A DNA stretch of 64,000 nucleotides. Source: a virus. Taxonomy: Duplodnaviria; Heunggongvirae; Uroviricota; Caudoviricetes. The stretch covers positions 61,593 to 125,592 of IMG/VR virus record IMGVR_UViG_3300020577_007233. One strand, 5' to 3'. Shown here in pieces: positions 1 to 9,389 of this stretch. Position numbers and translations under genes: made by a program. A model generated the notes under the pieces. The model ran no database searches, had not been told where the DNA came from, and was given only the letters and a program-made list of their open reading frames with translations. Position 1 is the first letter of the stretch. Every line of letters begins with the position of its first letter.

Positions 1-1
1 G

Positions 2-3000
2 AGAAATAGTCAAGTCATTCAAGTTAATCTTGAATGAATCGGTTACAAACTCAAGAGGCTGTTCGCCTGTATCTTCGTTTCTTACCCCTGGAATTGCTCC
101 GCCAAGAACATGAATCTCTGAGGTATCGGCAGTAGCAAACGCGAAAGGAGCAACTCTCTCGTAAAGAGTTAAGTCAACTCCACTAAACGCTTCGCTATAC
201 GACCAAGTTCCTGAATCGAAATCGTAAACAAGTATTCTGTCGTTGACAGCATCAATAGAACCCTTTTGTCCTATCTTCCTAATTCCACCTATAATGTAAG
301 CCTTGCCGTATATAACAACACAAGTTCCGAGAGCAACACCATATGTATTCTGATCGAAAGTTGGCATCACCCCAACGTTTTCCCATGCATCTGTTTCCGT
401 GTTGTATCTTTCTATTGAGTCTGTTATGGTTAGGTTAGACCCATCAGCAACTATTCCGCCGAAGACGTAAATGTAAATGCCATCTTGGGCTGCCATATGA
501 TAGAACCTAGGAACGGACATGGCTTCCATTGTCGTCCAAGTATCTGATTCGACATCATATCTTTCGTTGTAACCAAGAATAGATTTACCATCAAGCCCAC
601 CGATTGCATAAAGCTGTTCGCCGTATGGATTGAAAGTCCAGCTAAGAGTTAGGCAACCTCTTGGGTGACTCATTGGAGTCTTAGTTTCCCAAGTGTTGCT
701 GAACGTATCGTATATATCAAGAGAACCGCTAAAGACGTTGCTTATTTCGCCTTCTGGCTTTTCTTCTGTTGTGTCCTCTTTTGGCTGCGAAGGGTCGTAC
801 TTTATGGTTACGCAACAAGTCATGCTGCGCTCTACATCTCCTCGTTTATCATACTTTGTTTCTGCCTGAACCTGAGCTTCAAAAGCGCTTTCTGGTCCAA
901 ACGCAGCAACAAAGAATGAAGCAAAACTTCTTACTGGCCCAGTTGGATTAAGTATGCTATCGTTGACCTTTTCTGTGTATACGGTATCGCTAAGCAATAT
1001 GATCTTTTCTGGATTCTTACCAGCAATAGTCAAGAAAACAGGAGTACCGTTTGGTACTGGCTTTTGCTTAAAAGTTACCTCAACAACAAACTCATGTACA
1101 GATACGCCATCGCAAAGAACTTTCTCTACACTACTACCATTCCTTCTGATATCAACAACTAATATATCAAGAGGCTCTTTTAGCTCAACAGTTGTTGGAG
1201 GAACTCCACCTTTGATATCTCCTCCGCCTCTTAGATATCTCGTTTCTCCATTGAAGTTAATAGAGGTAGAGCCATTGATGACAAGCAAATCTTTCTTCTT
1301 TGCTGCGCCTGGAGGAATGTCTATGCAAGAACAAATGTTACCAGCTTGGTTGTTATCATCGTCGCCTCCGCTTGTTGATTTTGGTCTTCCTACAAACTTG
1401 TTGATTCTAAGATAAAATGAAGTGCTGTTTCCTGTTTGCGCAAGAGGAACTTGAGCAAATCCTATTTGCTCATTTGCTTGCGTTACTACATATTCTTCCA
1501 AATCTTCATCATATGTAGTAACCAAATCGTCTCCGTAAAGGATTTCGAAGTCAGATCCAGATTCAACATCAATGATTTGCCCATTATCCAAAACGAATAT
1601 TGGTTTTCCTGCGTTATTGGCGCATTCTCTAAAGCACTCAGCAAGGACTCCTCCTGTTATATTTGGATCATGATAAACCGTAACAGGCAAAAGCTGATAA
1701 CCGTCAGCATATAGAGTATTGACATACTGAGGAGTAGTCATTAGGAAACGAGAACCAAAGCCAAGACCCGCAAAGTTAGGCGGATAGATTAGGGCAGGCC
1801 TTTCTTCAAATGCACTTAAACCATCGTAAACAACAGATGCTTTGATTGCATAAAGCTCTGGCAAATAGATGATATTACCTGGACATGGAACGTAAAGTTC
1901 CCATGAAACACCGCATGCTGGGCCAAAGAAGATTCTTCTTGCCGTTCCGTTTCTTGTGTATGAGAAAACGCCCGGTCCTGCGGGAACGTTGTCTGTAGAA
2001 TAAAACGGACGGTCCTTAGCGTTGCGACCTTTTCTTAATGTCCAACGAACAACCTGCTGTCCTTCAACAGGAATTTTCCTAGGACGCTCAGTATCAGGAC
2101 TGTCAGGGTCTATCATATAAACCCTTGCTTGTTGCTCGGCAACGTCAATACAGTTAGAATCAGGTGGTTCTATTGTCGTTTCAACCCTAAGAATACTGTC
2201 GAATACAATGTACATCTTCTTACGAGCGTAATATCCATTGTATCCCGCTTTACCAAAAAGCATAACAGCTTGAGGAGAATGAGGTGATCTCAACGGTATA
2301 TCTGCATATGAAACTTGCTTAGTTGTTCCATCGGTTAGCGTCTGTAGGCCAGTCCTAAGAGGAATAGAAGTTGCTGGCGGCTGCACCGCTCGACTTCTTC
2401 TATCAGAGAAACCAGGAACGAAAGGCCGTCTTTCAGAAGAACCCCCAAGCCCCTGCGAACAAGGGTTAGAGTCTGAATCGTCATCCGGATCGCATTGAGG
2501 GTCTGAGGCCTCATATACGGCAACATTACAGTCTGAACCAAAGGGCAATGATTGACCCCTATAGGTTACAACTATACGAGCCATAAAAGGTCTTTGTCTT
2601 CTTATCCAACAACCATCAAAGCTCTTGAACTTATCTGGGTCAAAAAGAAGGCCTCCGCTTGATATAAACGACTGATCATCAAGAGGAACCGTTTGCTTGC
2701 AGAGTATCTTGACTGAATCGCCGCCCGCAGACTGAGGCCCAACAGGATCTGAAGAAGAAGTTCCTGCTGATCTTCTTCTCTTTGACTTTCTCTTAACGCC
2801 AGACTGCGTTGTAATCGTACCAAAATTGGCAGAGTTATCTCCTATGTTGATAAGCTCCATCGCAAATGGATTGAGCATCTCAATGTGTATAGGAAGAGAA
2901 GTAAATTCAAAAACATTTACGCTTGGGTTCTCTCTGTCTGGTATTGTGTATGAAACTGTTATATTAGAAGACAACGAGTTAATTGATGAAAGAACATCCA

Positions 3001-6000
3001 AATCAGATGTCATCCTAAAGACGCCTCGCAAGAAACCGTTACCAATAGATGTTGAGGAAAGAATATAACAGTCCTTGGCGTCAGGAGTCGCAGTTGTTCT
3101 GTCTATGGTTTCTCCGAAAACGTTCTCTGCAAGCTGAGCAGAACCAACTGTAGAATCAGCAGAGAACTTGATATTGCTGGCGTCAGCTATAGGCGCTCCA
3201 AACTCATCCGTTATTTGAGCGTACAATGCAATTCTCTGATCAAACCACGCTTGTATATCTTTCTGAAACTTTACAGGAGCATCCCAAGCAAGGCTTATAG
3301 CGTTCTCGTTTACAACTTCATATCTTAACTGCTTAACTTCCAAAAGAGGAATATTTGTTTCGTCCGCAGTTTCAAGAGGAACACTAGATACAAAAACAGG
3401 AGCCGACAGGTTTCCGTATCTATCGGCGGCCACAATCGCATAGTAGTTGACTATCTCGTTTTCGAGATTTCTGTCAACAAATCCTGTGTCGGACGAGGAA
3501 CCACTGAATACCAACAACGCAGTAGAATCAACGCCGGCCTCGGTGGTGATTATAGGATAACCACGATCAGACCAGTATACAAGAACTTGCTCTGTGACAC
3601 CATCATTTATAGCATCCCAAGTTATGTAGTTCTTATGATTTCCTGGCTGAACAGTTGCGTTTTGCACTCGGTTAATAAAAGGAGTTGAAACCGCAGCAGT
3701 TCTGCTCTCTGTTGTAGCAAAGCTTGGAATTTCAACAGACAATATTGGAGAGTCAGAGGATAGGCTATAATTTCCTATTGAATTTCTTGAATAGATTCGG
3801 AAATGGTAGTTTCTACCATGAACATAATCAAATGGCAAAGTAACGATATGTTCGCCAACTGATGCTGCTTCGCTATAAACCAAATCTCCATCTATTTCGC
3901 TTGAGGGTTTTTCGCCAAAACCTTCAAAAACCAAAACAGGTTCTCCAGCGGTTCCGTTGCTATTAGTTGGAGTTTGATAAGAAAAATTACCAACACCTTC
4001 GGCTTGTTTTCTAATTATGGAAACACTTCCGCCAGAATAGTTAAAATCAGAAGGAACCATATACTTCAAAACAACGATTCTATCACCGTTATCAGTTACT
4101 TTTTCATCGGCAGTCAAAGGAACCGCAGACATCATAGAAATGTAGCTTGCAGAACGTATTGTCTTGTGTATACTGACTTCTGTGATTTTACCAAAGAACG
4201 AGGAAGTCTTTCCTCCTATGTAAACGTTCATTGGTTCTTGGCTGTAGTAGCCCAAAGTAGTTATACTGCCAGTACCAGCAACAGTGCCATTAACGTAGAA
4301 CCTTACAGAAAAAGTATCAACATCGACAGTAACAGCGACATGATTCCATTGATTTGCTATCAATGTTCCAGAAGAAGAAGCGGTCGTAAGGTCATCCATG
4401 CTGAAGAAAAGAGTACCATCCGTGTTCGTTCCGAACTTGAACGTCATCTTATCTTGGTCAGATGTTTCTCTTGACAGAAATACCCTTTTCTCCGCAAAAT
4501 TGAACGGATAGACCCAAGCCATAAACGTATATTTCGTTTGTATGAGCTTATAGTCAGAGTTATATCCATAGATATTGGAAGACCCATTCAGTCTTATGCC
4601 ACTTACGCCGCTAGGAACATCTGACGAGTTCAACCATGTTATTTCATTGTTTGACGAAAGACGAACAGGACTATCACTAAAGTCATAGGCGCTGTCGCCT
4701 GTTGATTCGTTTAGATGCCAAAGACCAATAACATCAGCATCTCTCTTTACGCCAGATCCTGTCATTACTCTATATGTAAAGCCTCCGACTCCATGAGGAA
4801 CGATCTTGAGTCTAGGTACGGCTGTTAGAAATCGTCCATTGCTAAAGACACCATCGCCATTGAAAGTATAGGCTGCATAGAAATACTCTTGACCTTCTAT
4901 TAGATTATCGTTGTAAGCTCTTTCAACAAAACCTTCGGTTACTATTTCGCCATCAAGGGGGCCAGTAGGATAAGAACCAATCTTTCTAATAATTCTTACG
5001 CCAGCATATCCGCTTTCTTGATCAGCAAAATAGCTTGAAGCAACTTCGGATGTATCGCTTGTATTTACTGCATCGCTTTCAACAACAGCAAAAAAGTTGA
5101 TCTTTATCGGCGTAGAACCAAGGCTTATGAGGTTGTATTTGACTTCTCCAGGATAGGTTGCTTCAAGGCGGTCAACCATTCTTTGAGTCATTATGTGGCG
5201 AAGGCCTTCGCTGTCATTCCATGTCAAAGAACCGCTCTGATCCATAACAACGGAAACAAGCTTATCTGGAAGACTTAGTTCAACCTTATTTGTTTCGCTA
5301 TCTATATCAACGATCTTTGTTTGAACAAAAACAGGCTCAAGCTCATTAGAGTCAAACTTGTGAATTGCTTTTACTGCAAGAGCAGAAGCAGGAACAATAA
5401 TCTTGCATGCATTTTCATCCAACGCATCCCTATAAGAATAGGCTCTAATAGCATATCTCTTGTCACAATCTAGGTTCCAAGTTCTAGTCGCTTCGCTGAA
5501 AGTAAGACTGCATAACGAGGTATAGGGGTCAAAAGACGAATCTTCGCTAGAGTAGTCCCACATCAAATACGCTTCATCAGTCGTTCCCGAAGCAAATAGG
5601 GCAACAGCATAATTACCATCAAACGTTATAGACGAAACGCCCGTTAGAGGCGTAATTTCAAATCCGTACCAATTATCATCTACAATTTCTTCTATAGATG
5701 TTTTGTAAACATATACAGGAACGATATTACCTGGTAAAGTATTATCATCTACTTCATACATCTTCATATGAATAGTTATGAAAGACTGAGAATATTCAAA
5801 ACTCGAAGGCAAAGAGCCTTGAGTTAGGTGAACAGAATCAAGATACACATTCTCTGTCTGAGGTGTTATAGATAGGTTGAAACTTCTTGTGTCTTGAATA
5901 ACAACATCAGCAGAAACCCAGGCCCATGACGTTCCTATATATGTTGTATGAGTTGATACAACATTGCCGTTTACAGACAGAGAAAAGGTAAAACTAGAAA

Positions 6001-6298
6001 TGCTAGAGGCTTTAACTCTCAAATATAAAGTGTACTTGCCATATTTGCTGGCAACAATAGGATATGTCAATACAGGCCAATTGTAATCACCTGTTCCTCT
6101 TTTGGGCAAAACAACCATGTATCCGTTACCGTAGTATCCGGTTACTGAATTGTCAAAAATGATATTTGGATTGCCTTGCTCCAAAGAGGAAAAATTGGCA
6201 ACATCAAACGTTGTACCATTATCCGTTACGCTTATTTCAGAGAGGGAAGTCCCAATCTTACGAAGGAAAACAGACACTTTAGTAATGTTAGTGTTCAT
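2..6298 (-). CDS. Giant multidomain virion/tail-tip protein, 3'-truncated by the window edge (>2,099 aa): N-terminal beta-sandwich, vWA-like DxSxS motif, FN3-like, LamG and Kelch repeats
   Basis: Manual translation from ATG at 6298 (MNTNITKVSVFLRKIG...) stays open to position 2. It is absent from the ORF track because it has no stop. Motifs: VSVVMDQSGSLTWND (~5215-5260); LamG GLWHLNESTG...YTFMAWVYP...NQWNHVAVTVD...FYVNG (~4140-4740); Kelch LYAIGG/YIYVFGG/AYIIGG with RYD..SDTW (~1-730). Confidence 0.85.
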   Translation of the reverse strand, partial: MNTNITKVSVFLRKIGTSLSEISVTDNGTTFDVANFSSLEQGNPNIIFDNSVTGYYGNGYMVVLPKRGTGDYNWPVLTYPIVASKYGKYTLYLRVKASSISSFTFSLSVNGNVVSTHTTYIGTSWAWVSADVVIQDTRSFNLSITPQTENVYLDSVHLTQGSLPSSFEYSQSFITIHMKMYEVDDNTLPGNIVPVYVYKTSIEEIVDDNWYGFEITPLTGVSSITFDGNYAVALFASGTTDEAYLMWDYSSEDSSFDPYTSLCSLTFSEATRTWNLDCDKRYAIRAYSYRDALDENACKIIVPASALAVKAIHKFDSNELEPVFVQTKIVDIDSETNKVELSLPDKLVSVVMDQSGSLTWNDSEGLRHIMTQRMVDRLEATYPGEVKYNLISLGSTPIKINFFAVVESDAVNTSDTSEVASSYFADQESGYAGVRIIRKIGSYPTGPLDGEIVTEGFVERAYNDNLIEGQEYFYAAYTFNGDGVFSNGRFLTAVPRLKIVPHGVGGFTYRVMTGSGVKRDADVIGLWHLNESTGDSAYDFSDSPVRLSSNNEITWLNSSDVPSGVSGIRLNGSSNIYGYNSDYKLIQTKYTFMAWVYPFNFAEKRVFLSRETSDQDKMTFKFGTNTDGTLFFSMDDLTTASSSGTLIANQWNHVAVTVDVDTFSVRFYVNGTVAGTGSITTLGYYSQEPMNVYIGGKTSSFFGKITEVSIHKTIRSASYISMMSAVPLTADEKVTDNGDRIVVLKYMVPSDFNYSGGSVSIIRKQAEGVGNFSYQTPTNSNGTAGEPVLVFEGFGEKPSSEIDGDLVYSEAASVGEHIVTLPFDYVHGRNYHFRIYSRNSIGNYSLSSDSPILSVEIPSFATTESRTAAVSTPFINRVQNATVQPGNHKNYITWDAINDGVTEQVLVYWSDRGYPIITTEAGVDSTALLVFSGSSSDTGFVDRNLENEIVNYYAIVAADRYGNLSAPVFVSSVPLETADETNIPLLEVKQLRYEVVNENAISLAWDAPVKFQKDIQAWFDQRIALYAQITDEFGAPIADASNIKFSADSTVGSAQLAENVFGETIDRTTATPDAKDCYILSSTSIGNGFLRGVFRMTSDLDVLSSINSLSSNITVSYTIPDRENPSVNVFEFTSLPIHIEMLNPFAMELINIGDNSANFGTITTQSGVKRKSKRRRSAGTSSSDPVGPQSAGGDSVKILCKQTVPLDDQSFISSGGLLFDPDKFKSFDGCWIRRQRPFMARIVVTYRGQSLPFGSDCNVAVYEASDPQCDPDDDSDSNPCSQGLGGSSERRPFVPGFSDRRSRAVQPPATSIPLRTGLQTLTDGTTKQVSYADIPLRSPHSPQAVMLFGKAGYNGYYARKKMYIVFDSILRVETTIEPPDSNCIDVAEQQARVYMIDPDSPDTERPRKIPVEGQQVVRWTLRKGRNAKDRPFYSTDNVPAGPGVFSYTRNGTARRIFFGPACGVSWELYVPCPGNIIYLPELYAIKASVVYDGLSAFEERPALIYPPNFAGLGFGSRFLMTTPQYVNTLYADGYQLLPVTVYHDPNITGGVLAECFRECANNAGKPIFVLDNGQIIDVESGSDFEILYGDDLVTTYDEDLEEYVVTQANEQIGFAQVPLAQTGNSTSFYLRINKFVGRPKSTSGGDDDNNQAGNICSCIDIPPGAAKKKDLLVINGSTSINFNGETRYLRGGGDIKGGVPPTTVELKEPLDILVVDIRRNGSSVEKVLCDGVSVHEFVVEVTFKQKPVPNGTPVFLTIAGKNPEKIILLSDTVYTEKVNDSILNPTGPVRSFASFFVAAFGPESAFEAQVQAETKYDKRGDVERSMTCCVTIKYDPSQPKEDTTEEKPEGEISNVFSGSLDIYDTFSNTWETKTPMSHPRGCLTLSWTFNPYGEQLYAIGGLDGKSILGYNERYDVESDTWTTMEAMSVPRFYHMAAQDGIYIYVFGGIVADGSNLTITDSIERYNTETDAWENVGVMPTFDQNTYGVALGTCVVIYGKAYIIGGIRKIGQKGSIDAVNDRILVYDFDSGTWSYSEAFSGVDLTLYERVAPFAFATADTSEIHVLGGAIPGVRNEDTGEQPLEFVTDSFKINLNDLTIS

Positions 6299-6326
6299 GA
6301 AATACAAAGACCCCAATCGGCTATAC

Positions 6327-9300
6327 TTATCTTATCGGGTATCCAGTCGCAAGTTTCCTTATTGATTCTTCGGAAACGATTCTGTATTGGTTGTACCCAA
6401 AAAGCCATATGTCGTCTCCCAAAACCAAAACCTTATGAATGCTGGTAAGCTTAGAATCAGTATGAACAACGAAATCATCGGTATAAACGAGATATCGTCC
6501 ATCTGAAAGCCCGATTACAGCCTTTGTGAAGTCAGAATCAATGTCGTTTACCGAGATCTCAGAAGATCTCTGTGCGTCAGCAAATACATCAAGGAGTTGC
6601 AAGGATAGATTCTTCGTGTAGAACGTTCCGCCGTCTTGGAACAATCCCTTTGTCGTTGCAAAAAGAATCTGAGAACGATGCTTCTGTATCTTGTTTACAA
6701 TCTTGTCATTCACAATTCCTACCCTAGTCCAGTTAAAACCGTCTGTAGAGTAATAGCTTTCGCCTAAATCAGAAACCGCCAATACAACATCTGGTGATGC
6801 CATTATATTTACGGTACTGTTTGTTGATACAACTTTTTCCCAAGACAATGAGCCTATCTTTCTTGCATAAATTCCATCTTCCGCTCCAATTACGAGGTTG
6901 CTTCCAAAAACAGAAGCCATACTGTAAAGTTTCTTAGGCAAACCTGTTGCGGTATCCGCAACAACCTCTCCTGCGGAAATATCGTAGAAATAGAGCTTGG
7001 CTTCGTCAAGAATGTATATGACATCCTTGTATCTTCTTATGCTCTTTATGAGCAAAGTTCGATCAGAATCAATAGCAAGTTTGGTTATGTCCTTCGTCAC
7101 AGTATTTATGAGAAGTACGCCTCCAAGTCCACCAACCCAAACCGTCCCAAGTTCAGGAACTGATAAAACACAGTTTGCATATGGTAAGCTAAGGTTAGTG
7201 GTTCCGTGGTCAAAGGATAGGTCATAATCAACAGTAGATTTGGTCTTGTCATACCAGTTACTATTGCATGGGACTATACACTTTGCTTGAAACAGAGGCG
7301 CTGTAGAATCAATAAGACCCGGCGTAACTCTCTCTAAACCAATACCTCCGCTGAGAATGTTAGAATGATGAACTTGACTCAAATGAGATGGCATACCAGA
7401 ATTTATCCACTCAAAAGTATCTTCCAAAACCCAATGAGGCATGCCTACATTCTTAATCGCAGAATCAACAATACTTAGTTCTATCTTGTTGTATTTTCCT
7501 ATTGCTTTCGAAAGCTCAAGAGTACCATCTATTGAATTTGCAATTGCAATAACATTGTATCCTGAATAGTCTTCAGGGAAAAGATCTCCAACAGCGCCTG
7601 ACGGAGTGTTCTTGTATCTTGAAACACCAAATCCAGGAATCTGGTCTCGTTGAGTTTTACCTCCAAGAGAAGTTATTCTGATATTACCAAACTTAGCTAA
7701 AAATGTTTCATTCTCTTCGCCGGTAACAGGACCGCCACCGCTGCCGCCCGGACCACCACCATTACCAGTAGTTCCTTGAAGAGGATCTGGTGGATCTACG
7801 TCTACATTATATGCGGCAATTCTTCCAGCTATAAATCTAGTTGCTGGATACCAATATTGCTCCATATGACCAAGGCTTGCTACAGCATCGTTATGCGTTG
7901 TAATAACATCCCACCATATAACGCCATGACCCCCCATGAGGTAAATGCTCTTATACAAAAACTCGGAGAAATTGGGATTAAGATATCTCGCATCCGCTCT
8001 AAGGTGTCTATCCCACAAAAACGGAACAAACTCCTTATGACCTGCTCTTCTTGCAACATCAAGGCAGTTTCTTATTGATAAGATATGAAACATTCTTGAT
8101 TGAATAGGGTCCATAGCTCGTCTTTCTGTTGTGTTATACAGAAATGGCGAATCATAATCAACAACTGGATCCCAAAGGTACAAAGAATGAGCCATATATT
8201 CAAACAGCCCTACCCAGTTATGCCAATAGGAATTTTCAAGCTCCCTATATGGGTCTTCAATATCAGGATTAGTTGTTCCAAAGTTCTGTCCATGAATAGC
8301 CCAGTTACCAATCTGAGGGACAGAGCCATATAGTCCTATCTTGCCTATTCCAGGCCTTAGTCCCCTAATCGTAGCGATAATCTGAGACATCCAATAGACC
8401 CATCTTTCAGTCCATTGCGTTTGTAGGTAAACATCTTGCTCTGCAACGGTTTTGCCAGTTGACCATCCAGGATTAACTTGATCTTGAACCCAAATCCACC
8501 AGTTTCTAGCCGTTCTTGGAGCTAAACCAGAAGCGGGAGACGATCTAATCAAAGCTGTTTGTTGTCTTGCTGTATAGAACTCAAGACCATCACCAATGCC
8601 AATTCCAATAGCGCTAGTAGAGCTTCCGTCTCTATAAAGAGCAGGCTCCCAATTCATCCAAAATTCTCCAGTATAGCCCTCTGGAATAAGCTTTGGCTGA
8701 TTATTGTTGTTTACTCCCGTAATGTTGTTAATAAGAGTTTGTTTTGCTAGAGATAGTTTACTTTCTTGATATAGCCAGAGAAGCGCATCGCCTGATTTTG
8801 AAGTTATGTCACCTGAACCTCCCATGCAAGGAATCCAACTATGACCAACATTCCAATCATAAAATCCTGGAAACTGGTAGTAACCAAGCATGTTTGGATT
8901 TACTTCGCTAGGTACGTTTTGTGAATAGTAGTTATGCATGTCCCTAGATGTACATATCTTCCTACCGCCTAGTAGGGGATCTCCGGTATTGCAAATAGTT
9001 CCTGCGCCGATCACGCTTGTGTATGTATTGAAGTTCTCTTTCCAACTTATTTTTTGAGGCAGAAGACATTCTTTCCTAACAATCCTGCCTATAGTTACAG
9101 CAACAGCCTGATGGTCAAGTTCTATCTTTTGAGCGTAACTATCATAAGCGCTTTCTGTTGAAATAGAAGTTCCATAATCAGCATACCAACTATTAATTGG
9201 CATATAAACCCAAGGGTCAAGACCCGTAAGAAGCATGTCAAGAAACCAGTCTCTACCTCCCTTAGAATAGTCTGCTGTCAAAAATTCAGACCTATCATAA

Positions 9301-9389
9301 TAAGCCGGAACAACATAATTATATGAATCATTATCTATACGATGACTATGCGGCTCGCCATCCTCCAACATAAGATTCAAGCAATTCAT
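6327..9389 (-). CDS. Putative tail-associated depolymerase: GH56 (hyaluronidase)-like barrel, Gly-rich linker and C-terminal beta-propeller; start uncertain
   Basis: 1020-aa ORF. GEFWMNWEP, IIATIRGLRPG..IGLYG, YMAHSLYL, LDVARRA, YLNP...IYLMGGHGVIWW follow the GH56 motif order. Asp-box YYSTDGFNW lies in the C-terminal part. Confidence 0.65.
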   Translation of the reverse strand: MNCLNLMLEDGEPHSHRIDNDSYNYVVPAYYDRSEFLTADYSKGGRDWFLDMLLTGLDPWVYMPINSWYADYGTSISTESAYDSYAQKIELDHQAVAVTIGRIVRKECLLPQKISWKENFNTYTSVIGAGTICNTGDPLLGGRKICTSRDMHNYYSQNVPSEVNPNMLGYYQFPGFYDWNVGHSWIPCMGGSGDITSKSGDALLWLYQESKLSLAKQTLINNITGVNNNNQPKLIPEGYTGEFWMNWEPALYRDGSSTSAIGIGIGDGLEFYTARQQTALIRSSPASGLAPRTARNWWIWVQDQVNPGWSTGKTVAEQDVYLQTQWTERWVYWMSQIIATIRGLRPGIGKIGLYGSVPQIGNWAIHGQNFGTTNPDIEDPYRELENSYWHNWVGLFEYMAHSLYLWDPVVDYDSPFLYNTTERRAMDPIQSRMFHILSIRNCLDVARRAGHKEFVPFLWDRHLRADARYLNPNFSEFLYKSIYLMGGHGVIWWDVITTHNDAVASLGHMEQYWYPATRFIAGRIAAYNVDVDPPDPLQGTTGNGGGPGGSGGGPVTGEENETFLAKFGNIRITSLGGKTQRDQIPGFGVSRYKNTPSGAVGDLFPEDYSGYNVIAIANSIDGTLELSKAIGKYNKIELSIVDSAIKNVGMPHWVLEDTFEWINSGMPSHLSQVHHSNILSGGIGLERVTPGLIDSTAPLFQAKCIVPCNSNWYDKTKSTVDYDLSFDHGTTNLSLPYANCVLSVPELGTVWVGGLGGVLLINTVTKDITKLAIDSDRTLLIKSIRRYKDVIYILDEAKLYFYDISAGEVVADTATGLPKKLYSMASVFGSNLVIGAEDGIYARKIGSLSWEKVVSTNSTVNIMASPDVVLAVSDLGESYYSTDGFNWTRVGIVNDKIVNKIQKHRSQILFATTKGLFQDGGTFYTKNLSLQLLDVFADAQRSSEISVNDIDSDFTKAVIGLSDGRYLVYTDDFVVHTDSKLTSIHKVLVLGDDIWLFGYNQYRIVSEESIRKLATGYPIR

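Noticed and set aside
2770-2800. KRKSKRRR (and KRKKKP near 63910) as nuclear localisation signals of a eukaryotic virus
   Set aside because: SD sites, coupled operon structure, intrinsic terminators and phage tail genes indicate a prokaryotic virus.
6301-6329. Third copy of the candidate promoter (AAGTA-N16-TTGTATT)
   Set aside because: The 5' box is mismatched, the spacing is off by one, and the 3' box is only 2 nt from the ATG. Too weak to count.
9331-9348. TAG recoding (alternative genetic code)
   Set aside because: Reading through this TAG meets TAA five codons later, and the other genes are intact under code 11.
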